Origin: Sminthopsis crassicaudata
Lineage: Eukaryota
DNA length: 64,000 nt
Direction of reading: 5' to 3'
Assembly (NCBI RefSeq): GCF_048593235.1
Contig: NC_133617.1
Span: 612,726,958 to 612,790,957, forward strand
Under the pieces are notes generated by a model, which worked only from the letters and a program-made list of their open reading frames with translations, did not search any database and had not been told where the DNA came from. Of the stretch, positions 25,705 to 39,248 are shown piece by piece. A program made the position numbers and the translations under genes. Position 1 is the stretch's first letter. Every line of letters begins with the position of its first letter.

Positions 25705-25960
25705 TAGTCATATATTGGAACCAGCATGAATCAATTCATGAGAGCTGGATATTAAATTTCCAGTGAGTATTTGTGTTCTTGGAAATACCTAATTGTTACA
25801 AATGCTACCAATCAGGGCTTGATTTATTGCTTTGTTGATAGACTAGACTTAAGAAAGAGATGGAGAAATCATTAATAATTTAAAGTAGACTTAAAAATTT
25901 GTCATGTGTACATTTCCCCTCCAGAGAACTGGTTGCTAAACATTCCCCCATATACCAGTA
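25705..25960. mobile_element. hAT (Tip100-like) non-autonomous DNA transposon remnant
   Basis: 'aatcagggcttgatttattgctttgttgatagactagacttaagaaagagatggagaaat...agaactggttgctaaacatt' matches a recalled ancient mammalian hAT consensus. Confidence 0.5.
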
Positions 25961-26334
25961 AGATGTGAGGCTTCATAAGGAAAGAGTGTAACTTCCAAAG
26001 CATTTTGAGGTTGACAATGACATTGTTAATGCAATTGGTGATTTCAGCCTACTATGAAGTATTGATTTTTTATATTCCAAATTAAGTGTATTTAAAACCT
26101 CACAAACTGTAGAAATGGCTTAAAAAGATTTCTGCAAAGAAAGTATTGAACATAATAATAATAAAACTAACACAAGTGAACAACAAAAAAATTGCAGATT
26201 TGGCACTTCTAGAATAATCTCTTCCAAGTCACATTATAAAACATAAACAATAATAAACTTTAAGTTCTGGAAAGGTTGGTCATATTTATTTTTGATATTA
26301 TCAAAATTGTTTTAAATATGGAGTTATACAGTGG

Positions 26335-26490
26335 CTAATATTAATAATAGCTAATGTTTATATAATACTTATTATGTGCTGGGCACTATGTTAAGTTCTT
26401 TACAATTATTGTCTCATTTGGCTCTCACAATAGCTTTGAGAAGTAGGTGTCATTATTAAGTCTATTTTACAGATGAGGAAGCTGAGGATT
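26335..26490 (-). mobile_element. MIR SINE
   Basis: 'gctgggcactatgttaagttctttac...ctattttacagatgaggaagctgagg'. Confidence 0.7.
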
Positions 26491-26879
26491 CTTATATCCA
26501 ACATTATTAATTCTCATCTCTATATGAATTGTGCTTTCTGATGTAAGTTAAGGACAATAAGAAATCATCATAATTATCAACCTATTTACAAATTCAGCAT
26601 TCAGAATATGGAAAATTTTATATTTTTTCAAAGATGCTTAAAGTCATGTGATACTTAATATAATACTTTACAAAATTTTATATATATATATATATGGGTA
26701 TAACATATGACTCATGACCGATTGAGGCACTTGTTAGCCTGGACATTATGGTACCTGAGGAAAGCAAGTGATAAAATTAAAATAATCAAATATTAGAATT
26801 AATTTCATAAGATGAAAGATTTATGAGATGGATGGATAAAAATAGAGAAGATTTTGTCAGTCCCTAGCTTATGATATTA

Positions 26880-27050
26880 CCAGAAAAGATTTGGAATTAG
26901 ATGGCTACATTCAAATGTTACCATTTTTTAAAATCTTTACTTGGCAACTTTAATGTCTCCAGGCCTCAGTTTGATCAACTGTAGAATGAAGAGGTTGGAC
27001 TAGCTGGCCTCTGAAGTCCCTTCAATCTATAATCTGTGATCCTATGATCC
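26880..27050 (+). mobile_element. MIR SINE
   Basis: 'ggcctcagtttgatcaactgtagaatgaagaggttggactag...cctctgaagtcccttcaatctataatctgtgatcctatga'. Confidence 0.65.
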
Positions 27051-27529
27051 CAAAGTCACAAAGAATGTTTTTCAATTATGAAATAATTGAAGAACTATTT
27101 TTTTGATATGTGTATATGATTCTAAAGGAAGGCTAAATTGGAGAAGAAATATTCTGATCAATAATTGACTTAATTTTTTTTAAATCCACTAATATTTTAT
27201 AGAAAAACTTTTAAGTTAGCCACTAATGGAGTGGTTGCTTTGAGTGGAATTGGAAAAAAAGTATAAAGGAATAGTTCTATGTTAGCACCACATGACAGAT
27301 TCATTCATTGCATGATTTATGGGCAAACCATTGCAGCAATGTTTGAACTAAAATCATATATTGTGCCACAAGATGTCATATTATAATTATTTTCATAAAA
27401 GTAAAATCTTTAAATAGTAGAATATTTCCAATTTTTTTGTAATGGTATAGTGAGTGACTAGAAAATGTCTTGTGACACAATAAGATTTGATGGTTAAATT
27501 ATTGCAAGGTATTCAAAAAAGGTTTTTTG

Positions 27530-28105
27530 GTTTGCTTTTTCTTAATTTTATATTTTATTTATTCCCCAGTTATATGTAAAAATGTTTTTTTTTTAACATT
27601 TTAAAAACTTTGAGTTCTAGATTCTTTCTCCTCTTCCCTCTCCATCCTCCCACTGAAATGTAAGCAATCAGATATAGATTATACATATGTAGTCATGCAA
27701 AAACATTTCCATAATAGTCAAGTTGTGAAAGAAAATATAGATAACGCTTTCCCCCCAAAAACCCCCCCAAAGAAAGTCTCTCAAAAATACAGTTTAAAAA
27801 ATATACTTCAGTTTGTATTCGGAATCCATTAATTATGGATAGCATTTTTCATAGTCCCTCAGAGTTGTATTGGCTCAATGTATTGCTGAGAATAGTTGTA
27901 TCATTCAAAACCTCTCATCTTACAACATTGCTGTTTCTTTGAACATTTCAATTTGCATAAACTCCTGGAAGTCTTTCCAGGTTCTTCTGAGAGCATACTG
28001 TCCATCATTTCTTATGGAACAATAGTATTCCACCACAGTAATATACCACAAATTATTCAGCCATTCCCTAATTGATGGGTATTCAAATGAGTTTTCTAAT
28101 CTGAA
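27530..28105 (-). mobile_element. L1 3' end
   Basis: ORF 27920-28183 contains EYPSIREWLNNLWYITVVEYYCSIRND, the ORF2p C-terminus. Confidence 0.85.
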
Positions 28106-29054
28106 ATTAATTATGAATATTTTTCTTGGGGAAAAGAAACATGTTCTAAATGTACTCTGATGACAAATGACTTTCAATACCATCGTACCTCACATATCGT
28201 TTTGGGGAAAAATATGGTACTTAATCTGTCCCTTCAACTAAAGGTTATTTTAAAACAATGAATGAAAAAAGTAATTGTTTTTTGAAAGAAATATGTGTTT
28301 ATGGAGAGAGCATCTTAAAAACCAATATTTAAAAATGTTTCTATGGTTATGTTCTTTTGTTGCTGAAAATAATGTTATGTATAACTCACAAAAACACTCA
28401 TATCAGTTTACTTAAACATTTGGACACAGTATTCTCTGGCTTGTTTAAAAATCTTTCAAATCAAGTGTTTCAGTGGGGTTTTGAGCCAATTAAAATATAA
28501 ACATGTTACACATTCTGATTAGTTAGAAGAACTGTAGCATCATATAAGATGCAAATTTACTAGTTAAATTTCAATACAATTCATTACATAATTGATGGAT
28601 AGGTCTAAAAATAAGTATCATGATTTAGGAGTGGAGTCAATGATATGGTTCTTCCATTAACATCTTCAAATCTTTGTGATGTATCTTTTTCAGTCAAATA
28701 TTAAAAAATAAACTGAACTTAGAAACAGATTTTTGATTTGCTCATATCACAGTATTAGACCAATATTTTAAAAAAGTAAGGAAACAATCATGTTGTTCTC
28801 CCTAAAAATATTTTTCTTAATAATAAAATTTATTTAAAATATTATTTCATCTTTATATCATTATTTTATTTCTATTTTGCATGTATAATACAATGTATGT
28901 AAAATGATGTGCATTTTAGGATTTTTAAAAAATCAACTAACTTTGCATATAAAGTACATATTAAAAATATTTTACCAAAAAGAGTGACTCAAAAAATATT
29001 TAGAGATCACTGTTTTTGAGCATTTGTGTGAAACAGATAAAGCCATCATCTTTA

Positions 29055-29188
29055 GAGGCAGCTAGGTGGCGCAGTGAAGACTTGAAGTCTGGAGGACCTG
29101 ATATCAAATCTACCTCAGACACTTAACACTTCCTAGCTGTGTGATCTTGGGCAAAGTCACTTAACTCCAATTGCCTCAGGGGGAAAAA
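29055..29188 (+). mobile_element. WSINE1-type marsupial SINE
   Basis: 'gaggcagctaggtggcgcagtg...ctcagacacttaacacttcctagctgtgtgatcttgggcaaagtcacttaactccaattgcctcag'. Confidence 0.85.
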
Positions 29189-30454
29189 GTCATAATCTTT
29201 GTTCTTATGAAACTTAGGCCTTAATGAAAATGATAAGAAAAAAAAAAAAAAAGGAAAACATCAAAAGCCAAGAATATGATAGTAGTGTAAAATAATGTAC
29301 AGAAGGCTATAGCAATATAGATGTTTAAAAATTCTTTGAAAAACTTTGAATGCTTATATTCCCACTTGGTTCCAACTATTCCTACTTGTTTCAGTACTTT
29401 TCCATTTGCTTCATGTTTTCCAGTCATTTATAACTGGGTTGTCAGTTCCTGGAAGGCAGGGACTATGTTTTATACATAAAATAATAAAAATAAAAAAAAA
29501 TTATTTTCCAGTCAGTCCAGAACTAAAATTGATGTATGTATTTGAATTAGATGGTTATATGGGATTTCATTCCTTTTGAGAAACCAACATAAGCAAATTA
29601 GTCACATTTTCTAGAATGGGTCACTTAAGCTTCTCTATAGGAAGGACTATTTAAAAACATATTCTTAAATCCCCATTCAGGAAATGTATCAATTTACAAA
29701 CAATAAATGTACAAGTAAAATAATCTCTAGCAAAAGAAAAGACAACTCATTTTAATTTCTTTGTTACTATCAACATTAATTGATAAAAAAATTTAAGTTT
29801 ACTATTTCACAAAAAAAGAAAGCAGCAAATTATTCAAGAATTACTTATAAAGTAATAGTGATGTCATTTCCATACCTTTCATTTCAATAATTTATTTATG
29901 GAAATAGTTTTTTTTAAAGATACTTTTTTAAAAGAACAAATGACAAAATCATATAGTCATATTCTTTGTTAGCTACATAAACATGCAATAACAAATGTAT
30001 TTATTTCTCTTCTTTCCAAATGATACTGTTGAAATTTTTTTGTGTCACCAGTGTCCTATATTTGGGTATTGTTAATTTCATCATTTAATGGCAATTCAAC
30101 AAGTATATGATTCAGTTTTTGAGGGTAGCCTGAAGGGAATTTTATCCCTTAAAGTCTGATTGATAGTTTCTTAGGCATGGTGGAGAAAAAGTTTCTTGTT
30201 CAGATTCAGATTGGATCTGAAATCTCTTCCAAATTTGAGATTGTGATTGTGTCATACAGATTCTATTATAGTAAGTTAATGCTTCATTCATTTTATATTC
30301 CCTTAAAACCCTCATAAACTTATTTATTTCTCATAATCTTTAACTATACAGTTAATCGTTTCCCAGTGATGATATAGAAAAACATCTTTCATTTTAAAAA
30401 ATCCTATATTTATAAGCTAGACTTTATATTTTATAACTTTTCTCATAATAACTA

Positions 30455-30630
30455 TGTTACATTGGTAATACTGCAAATAATAGTATACCCATTTTATAAA
30501 CACAGAAAATGAGTGAAAAAAACAGTTGACTTACTCAACATTTGTCACACATTTAGCTGATTAATGACATGATCAAGACTTAAACTCAAGCCTTCTGATG
30601 TGAGGATAAATGCACCCAGTCAACACTGTT
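30455..30630 (-). mobile_element. MIR SINE
   Basis: 'tacccattttataaacacagaaaatgag...gacttaaactcaagccttctgatg'. Confidence 0.5.
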
Positions 30631-31649
30631 CTTTGCATGTTGACAGATTAGGAATATAGAGGGAGATAAATTGCAATGTAAAAGCCTTAATCATCTTTAA
30701 AGACTGGTTTTATAAAAATCTGCTATCATTTCACTACCGTCTGAACTCTTTTCCCAAGTCACATAAAAGATAGAGGTGTAAATTGAGACAGTTATGTGTT
30801 ACAGTAGATACAGTATGCGGGTCTGGAGCCAGTTCAATTTTAAACCTAAGTATATTTGCTTATTGTGATGATTGTTTACTATATTTCTCATCAGAAAATA
30901 TTTTAGTTTGACATTATCAAATACATATTTAAGTCAAATTATGGAAGAGTTTAACATTAGAGTTACAGTGTATTTATCTCAATTTTAGAATTACAATAAC
31001 AATCTTATGCTTAATAACAAAGACAAATTGTATTTTCAAACAGATATATATGATATTTATCAGACAAGTGAAGATACAACATTTATGCAACAAAAAAAAT
31101 CATGTGGTTTCTGGATGGGGCCCTCAGGAGGCAGCTAGTAACTTTAGAAAGTCCCTCATATGTTTCTTTGGGTATAGCATTTGCACATTCTCTATACTGC
31201 ATTGTAAACTAATTGAAACCTTCAAACATTTTTTCCCCTCATACAATAACATCCAACAATATGGAGCTACAATATAGTATAACTCTACAGGGCCTTCAGG
31301 TGGAATCAGTATAGCCCAAGGGATGCAGGGAAAAGAAATAGAGGTTGAACTTTAAGGTAGCCTAAAGTAGCTAGGCTATTGCATTTCTAATAATATATCA
31401 AAACATTTTGTAAGATTACATGAAAATGAAGGTTCATGTGTTTTTTTGAAAGTGACCACTTTCTACTTTCTTGAGATATTTTATCATTGTCTTCCTACAT
31501 GGCTACTATACTTCTTTACCCGTCTCCTCAATTTCATAGAACACAGTCATCTTTTTTCCCATATTTCCTGCATCTGCTAATCATATTCCATATTTTTAGT
31601 GTATTAGTCACTTATGCTTCTGGTCATTTAATAAAAGTAATAACAGTTT

Positions 31650-32045
31650 AGGAGAATTCAGAGACATGAAATAAAGAAATGCTTATATATGATTAGTTAT
31701 ATAATCTCTAAGATCCATTCGAACTAAAAATCTATGATCTTAAGATGCTCACACATTCCAGGAGGAACTTAAGGCATTAATCACTATCTCTGTTTTACAC
31801 AAAAGGAAATTGAGTTGTAGAGATGTGAAATTATTTGCAAAAGATCATACAATTACTAAGTGGCCTAGCTAGGACTCAAACTCCAGTTATCTGCCATCTT
31901 ATGTAGAGATATTATAATGAGTCCTGCCTAGGAATTCAAAATACTTAAGATTTTAGTCTCTGCCCTTAACTAAATGGATGCCTTTAGGCATCCTAATTAA
32001 CTCCCTTGGCCCATAATTTCTTCATTTCTGTATTGGAGTACTTAG
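31650..32045. mobile_element. Cluster of MIR fragments
   Basis: 'ctctgttttacacaaaaggaaattgag...ggactcaaactcc' (minus) and 'cataatttcttcatttctg' (plus). Confidence 0.45.
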
Positions 32046-32489
32046 AAAATAATGGCCATACTATCTTCCATAACTAACATTTTCTCATTTTATTTTCAAT
32101 AATCTTTTGACATCTGCTTTCACTGTTTTTTTTAAATTTTTTTAAAAAATTGTCTCTTTACTTTTCCTATTTCCTCTTATTTTAGGTCATAGCTATCAAA
32201 TGTGGTGATTTGAAGGAAGGATAATGTGTGATATAAGATGTGAATAAAATATGATTTTATTTATTATTTTCATTAAACTGAAGAGATTTTACAAATAAGT
32301 GAAAACTTAAAATAATGGAATGCCTCTATAATTCTCTTATTGGGCTAGGACTAATACCCACCTAGGTAAGATATTATTTGGGAAAACCATTGAATTTCAC
32401 TGTACACTAGTTATCTAGTTTATCAAGTGAAAGGGATGGACTCAAATAGCCTCTGAAGTTTTTTCTACACTTGGATTTGTTATCCTATT

Positions 32490-33082
32490 ACTTTTGTTTT
32501 AAAACTTTTCAATTTTATTTTGTCAATTATATGTAAAAATGGTTTTCAATATTCCTTTTTGTAAGATTTTGAGATCCATTTTTTTCCTCTTCCTTCCTTC
32601 CTTACTTCCTCCCCAACATAGCAAACAATCTGATATAGGTTATATATGTACAATCATTTAAATATATTTCCATGTTAGTTATCTCATGAAAGACAAATCA
32701 GAACAAAAGGGAAAAACCATGAGGGAAAAAGCAAACAAACAAAAAAAGGTGAAAACAATATGCTTCAATTAACATTCCATACCCATAGTTTTCTCTCTGG
32801 ATGTGGATGGTATTTTCCATCCCAAATGCTTTGGAAGTAGATTACTTTGTTGCTAAGAAGAACTAAGTTTATCAAAGCTGATTGCTCTTACCGTGTACAC
32901 TGTTCTCTTGATTCTGCTCACTTTACTTAGCATCAGTTCATGAAGTCTTTCCAAGTTTTTCTGAAATCAGGCTACTCATCATTTCTTATAGAACAATCCT
33001 ATTCCGTTACATTCACATACCATAACTTATTCAGCCATTCCTCAGTTGATGGGCATACATTCAATTTCCAATTCCTTGCCAT
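32490..33082 (-). mobile_element. L1 3' end
   Basis: 'agcatcagttcatgaagtctttccaag...cataccataacttattcagccattcctcagttgatgggc'. Confidence 0.85.
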
Positions 33083-34359
33083 ATGGTCTTTTTTTTTTTT
33101 TGAGTTAGTCTTGTGTTCAGGGGTCTTCCCACCATACTACACTGATTCCTATTCCCATCTGGCCCTTCCCTCTTCTAACCCTCCCCCTTTTTAACCTGTT
33201 TATTGTATTTTTTTAAAGAAATCATATCATTTTATGATAGGGAAAGGACATAAATTGGTACTCATAAAAAGCAATTTTCTAAGTTATCTAATGCACAAAC
33301 CAGTTAGAAAATGTAATGAAACTTTCTCCCTGGTAAGCATTTTCCCCCTCAGTCAAGAATAAGTAAGTATTAGAGAAAGTTTTAGAGAGCATGAAATAAA
33401 CATTAGCAGTCAGACAGAACAGACTTAAGCCAAAAGACTCTTGCTGCTTTCATATTTATGATCCTAGACTGATCAAGGACAAGATAATTTATAGATAAAA
33501 TGATGCAATGGAGGATCCGATTGGGAGTAATTGATTCATTCACTAAACCTAAAAGTTTATTGTTCAGCATATTTTCCATTTATTTGGTTCCCTCCATTTC
33601 TGCCTTGTGATATTAAAATGTGAAATGTAAGGTCTTTATACTGATAACTCAATTAATTTCTAAGACTTTAATGAATATCCCCCAGTGATATATGTAGTAA
33701 TAAAAGAAAACCTCATGATGTGGGGTGGATTTTAAAAATTTATAGCATCTGCATAAAGATCAGTGTGATGAAATACATTGTAAAGATGCTCATTATCATT
33801 CCTGAGAGGTATTTCTCTTTTTTACTATCTTCTTTTTGCCTTTTATTTGAGTGGGTTAAGGGAAGGAAGGTTATTAGTTGAGTATTACCTTAAAGAATAA
33901 TCTCTTCAATGGGATTGGAACTCCAGAAATAATCAACTCTTTCTATCTTTGTCATATCAAAGTCAAAACTTTATCTATAAATTTAGTTTCAGTGTAGATG
34001 TATTTCTTGGAAAAGGAAAGAAAGATGGAAAAGGGTTTCTTATACTAATGAATAGTTTCAAGTAATTCTAGCTCTAATTACCTGGTCAATAATTAATGGG
34101 CTATATCAATTCTATCTTTAGAGCGCTGCTTTGTAAAAGATGATACAGTTTAAGGATTTAAAAGGCTGGGAAACAAGGAAAGAATAGATACTTTATAATT
34201 TAGATTTTTTTGGAAATTTGACTTGGAAATGTGGATTTCATATATAGGGTTGGATAAAAAAGAGAACTTATTTTTGGCATAATAGGAAAAAAATTATCAG
34301 AATTGAATTTTTTTCATTACAGTGGCAATATGAAACAATTTAAATGATTATTACCAATC

Positions 34360-35290
34360 AGTTCATCAACTAACAAGTTTTAAATAATTATAGGCACTGT
34401 GCAAATACAAAGAATTAAAGTTTTTGCTTTCAAAGAGCTTACATTATAAAAAGAGAGAGAGAAGTTAACATATGAGTATATACAGGAAAAGTTTTTAAAG
34501 TTAATGGCAACATAGTTTGGGAAGACACTATCAGTTGAGGGGAGCAGGAAAGGTTTCAATAGAAGGTAGTATATGACTTGTATTTGAAAGAAAGGATTCT
34601 ATGGGAACAGAAAAGAGGAGAAAATTGATTTTTATTATTGAAAGTGGCCAGAGCAAAGGTAGGGAGATAAAATACTGAGAATCTTATGGAATGATCAGAC
34701 AGAAGCTCAGTTTGCAGAGTATGGAATGAAAAGTAATGTCCACTGAAGATGGAAAGATAGATTAGGGCCAGGCTGTAAAGGGTTTTTAAAAGCTGAACAG
34801 AGATGTGTATATTTTATTTTAGAGGGAATTGGAATCATTAAAGTTCATTGAATAGGGGAGTGACATGGTCAGATCTTTGCTTAAGGAAAATTACTTTGGC
34901 AGCAGTGTGAAGGAGGGACTGAACAGAGACCCATTTAATGAAACTATTCAGGAGTTTATTATAATGATCTAAGCAAGAAGTGATGAAAAACTGAAAAGAG
35001 GTGGTAGCTTTGTGAATGGAGATAAGGGTATAAGATGAAGAAGATGTTACAGAAATAGAAATTAAAAAGATTTGGTGACTAATTTGATAGGGTGAAACTG
35101 AAGAGTTGAAAATAATGTTAAAGTAACAAATCTGGGAGACCGGAAGATTGTTGTATCTTTGATAGAAATAGGGCAGTATAAGAAATTTTGGCAAGAAAAA
35201 TAGTGAATTGTGTTTTTGGATGTGTTGAATTTGAGAAATTTTTGTGGCTTTATCATGTTTGAAATATCCAACAAGCAACTGATAATGTAG
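34360..35290 (-). mobile_element. L2 fragment (~0.9 kb)
   Basis: 'gggagtgacatggtcagatctttgcttaaggaaaattactttggcagcagtgtgaagg...tgttgaatttgag...atgtttgaaatatcc' is classic antisense L2. Confidence 0.8.
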
Positions 35291-35299
35291 CTAAAGATT

Positions 35300-35500
35300 A
35301 GAAGACAGACACTATTCATCAGAACAAATTACATACTTTTAGAACTGGGATGGTCAATAGATATCTAGTACTCTAAGATGTTCATTTTACAGAGGAAGAT
35401 ATTAAAGTTCAGAGAAGGAAGTGAATTGTTCTGTGTTACACAGTGAGTTAGTAATAGAGCCATGTCTTGAATTCAATTCTACTTAGTTCAATGGTCTTTC
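35300..35500 (-). mobile_element. MIR SINE
   Basis: 'ttcattttacagaggaagatattaaagttcagagaaggaagtga...gttacacagtgagttagtaatagagcc'. Confidence 0.65.
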
Positions 35501-36041
35501 TAATTGTACTGTGCTATCAACTTTAGATATAGCAATCTTCTTTCCAGGAGTCATTCTTTCCACAATTCCTATCCATTTTCTGAAGGGATGCTATAATCAC
35601 ACACAAGCATATAATTTAAAAATATGGAGAGTCACCCAATAATTACTTGATCTAAATCAGTGTTAATATCTTTTGTAAATTACCACTGGATGGCAGAAAA
35701 CAGAAATCATTGAGCTAGATAGTAAATAATGGGTTTAAGAATACTCTGCAAATCATAAGATTATGTATATTATATATATATATATATGTATACATTACTC
35801 TATATTTACATCTTTATCTCTATCTCGATCTCTAGTGGGGTACATAATTGTTTCCCTTCTTTTGTAAATAGTGAATATTCTTTCTTAATGTACATATGTT
35901 TCTTCAAGGAGATTAATGTATGGAGAATGGTCTCAAGAATGCTTCTCTACTTATGTTATCCATCTGTTGCTTCTTACTTTTTGTTTTATGTCTGGTCCAT
36001 TTTCTTTGTGCTTATGCAGATCCTTAATAATGCTGATTATG

Positions 36042-36254
36042 TCAGTGGTGTCAAACAGAGAGATCAGGACCAATAAATAATTTATAATAATATCTACAAG
36101 CCACATATTGACTGAGAAAATCATATAAATGTTATCAATATTTTATTATATTTTTATTTATATATTAAATATTTCCCAGTTACATTTTCATCTTATTTGA
36201 GCTAAACTCAGGAGTATTGTGGGCTATGTGGGGGCTGCATGTTTTACACCTTTG
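36042..36254. mobile_element. hAT-like MITE (inverted relative to 1331-1556)
   Basis: Ends 'cagtggtgtcaaac' and 'gttttacacctttg'. The internal 'ctcaggagtattgtggg' is the reverse complement of 'ctcataatattcttgag' in the first copy. Confidence 0.55.
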
Positions 36255-36649
36255 TTTTAAACTGTCTCAAACACATTCCTTGGAAAAGCACTATAGTCTC
36301 TCAATACCCCCTTCATATCTTTGAAACATTCCTTGAACCATTTGTAATTTTAATTCTGTTATAAGATTGTATTGTACAATTTTCAGTCAAAAGGAGATTA
36401 TTGTTATTAATGAAATGTTCTTTAAAATGGATGTACAGTTTGGGAAGATAGACAACATTTCACAATTTCCTCATTGTAATAACTATAATATATAGGCCCT
36501 GAGTGGGTAAAAAAGAAGTGCACAGAGTAAGGTGGAGCATTGACCAGGGCCCATCCTGAAATAGCAGAGAAGGTAGGCAGTCAATCCCCAATCAGAAGGA
36601 CAGCACTTCAGAATGGAAGTCTTTCCTGATTTATAGAGTATGCTTATTT

Positions 36650-37555
36650 TTATAACTTTTAGGATGTACTACCAGAATGCTCTTAAAAGATTTCATTAGT
36701 ATTTTTTAATTTTACCAGAAGCAAATGAGTACGTGTTTTTCTATTTTATAAACACTGAATTTTATTGCTTTGAATGTGTTTTTTTCTGTTTTATGAATTT
36801 AAAATGGCATCTCAAGTAGATTTAATTTCTATCTTTTTGATTATTCATGAGTGCATATTTTTTTCAAGTGATTATTAACAATTTGTATTTCTTCTTTTGA
36901 AAACTGCTTGTTGTTATGTTTTCAATTTATCTTTTGTGGACCAAGAGTTACCGCCATGATTTTCTTCAAATGTATATATGTACATATATATATGTACATA
37001 TATATCAGAGCAAGAAAGGATATATTCAGAAATGAAGGATATATTACATATAAAATATATTTTATATTTTAATATACATCTTCATTTTTTAATATATTGC
37101 TCCCCTCTTTGCTATCGAGTGATTCATACCTTTTCTTGAAAACAAAAATTAAAGGAGAAAAAAAAGTTCAGCAAAACCAATTAGATCATTTCTGATAGTA
37201 TATATAATCTTCTATACTCACAGTTCTCCATCTCTACAAAGAAGGGAAGGATATCTATTCTTCTTTAGGGCCAAGCTTATTGGACATCATAATCACATAA
37301 TATTCAATTCCTTTAGTTGTTACAATTGTTTTGCTTCCCCCTCCCAGTATCATTATTTCTGTTAATGTTCTGTTTCTTCTTGCTTTACTAGGCATAAATT
37401 TTATAACTTTATATCTTTCCATACTTTACTAAATTCTTTCTCTTCAAAGTTTTTTATAGCACAATAGAATTCCAGTAGGCATATGATACAATTTGCTTAG
37501 CAATTGCCTAATTTATGGGCATCTACTTAATTTCTAATTCTTTCCCAATGTTATC
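36650..37555 (-). mobile_element. Old L1 ORF2/3'UTR fragments
   Basis: 'atttgtatttcttcttttgaaaactgcttg' and 'ccaagcttattgg...atttatgggcatctac...ttctaattcttt'. Confidence 0.6.
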
Positions 37556-37789
37556 AAACACATCTTTTCTATCCCTAATAATTCTATTTGTTGCTTAGGA
37601 AAGAAATATCATTTTAATCACAATTGATATAAACATTTTCAACCGCTTTTCTCCATTTTTGTACTTCTTTTTTAAAAATTGAGTTTCATTAAGTTGAAAT
37701 TCACTAAACGTTAGGATGTAAGACATATATATATATATATGTATACATACATGTACATATATGTATATATCCCTTTCTGCCAGATAGAT

Positions 37790-38700
37790 AATAAATAGAT
37801 AGAAAAATTATTTCTTAAGTACTAACCATATGCCAGGTACTGTGCTAAATAGTAGGGATACAAATTCAAGAAAACAAGATGCTCCTTTTTACTTGGAGCT
37901 TATATTCATATAGAAGAGACCAAAGAGTGATGAACTGAGAATGAATTGAGAATGGATGGGGCTTTTCATTACATATGATCCTCATCAGAGAGTTACCAAT
38001 CAAAAGCAAACCCAAGAGTAGATTTACCTGAAGGTAAATGGAGCATTTTGAAGAGTAAGTAAGTGTGTGCAACAAAAATTTTGCAAATGAATGTGTTAAA
38101 TAATGTTATTTTTTTCCTGAGGGGTTATTTTCTACAAATTTTTTTAATTTTCTACAAGATACTTTTATTGTAATTGCTTCTGTTGCCATTGTGTTGTTTG
38201 AGAGGCAGTATGAGATAGCAAATAGCCAACCTCAACATCAGGAAGAGTTCAGTTTTTGCTAGTTTACTGTAAGATAGGTTTGAAGCTGATTTGACAAAAC
38301 AGAATACTATTGAGTAAGAGAAAAGCTGGTTAGGCTTCTTTGTCTGAGAGAGCCAACATAAGTTTTTTCATTAGTATTTGCCTATGCAGATGAAATGACA
38401 AGTTCTAGCAAAAAAAAATGTGGAAGAATTGAGGTTGGATGTTTCAAAATCATGAAATGCAAAGGTAAAGAGGATCAAGAAGGATAATGAATGTGGTCAC
38501 AATGAAGTCATGAGTGACTTTGTACAGAACAATTGCTGTAAATGAGAGTCATTAGATTATAGTCAACTAGTGAGTGGAAGTAAGAATGTGGAGCTAGTTT
38601 TTTATAGTTTCTATTTCCTAATATTGGTTGAGAAGAAAAGAACAAACTACTAGAGGATAGCAGAGTAAGAAGAGCTTTTTTGTTTTATTTTAGAATGATG
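37790..38700 (-). mobile_element. L2 fragments interspersed with a MIR piece (~38200-38280)
   Basis: 'aaccatatgccaggtactgtgctaaatagtagggatacaaat...ggagcttatattc' and 'gtcatgagtgactttg...agattatagtcaactagtgagtgg'. Confidence 0.5.
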
Positions 38701-39215
38701 GTTGTTAGGAATTAACTAATATTTTAGTGATGATTAATACCTCATTATGTTTTAAGGATTTGCAAATGGGATACAGCAATGAAGACTCATTTTTTTTTCT
38801 TTCTATCAAATCCAGAAAAAAGAAAAGATCTTGGAAAGCAAAGCAGGAACTATTCATATAAAGGGACTGAGGAGATAACTTTCTGTAATAATAAGACTGG
38901 ACCTTTATATTTCAAAACTCTTTTAAGGATAGTTTTGCAAGTGATTTTTTTGGCATGAGACTGGAAATGTAGAGGTTGTAGTTTTCTCTACAAACCTGAG
39001 AAAAAAATTGAGGAATGGGTAACAGAATAGGCTATGGAAACTAAAAAAGAAGATAATAACAAATTATTTGACTAGATCAGAAATATTAGAAGAGATATAG
39101 GGAGGGCATTCACTAGTCTTTTTTGAACTGTTTGTTGGTTTGTATTCATTTTCCCCCATGTACAGCTGACTCACTTTCAGATGCAATCATGCTATAAGTG
39201 TGTAAGGATCAGTAG

Positions 39216-39248
<33 letters not shown>

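Noticed and set aside
34838-35319. 146-aa and 85-aa minus-strand ORFs
   Set aside because: They lie within a degenerate L2 fragment and have no domain-like content.
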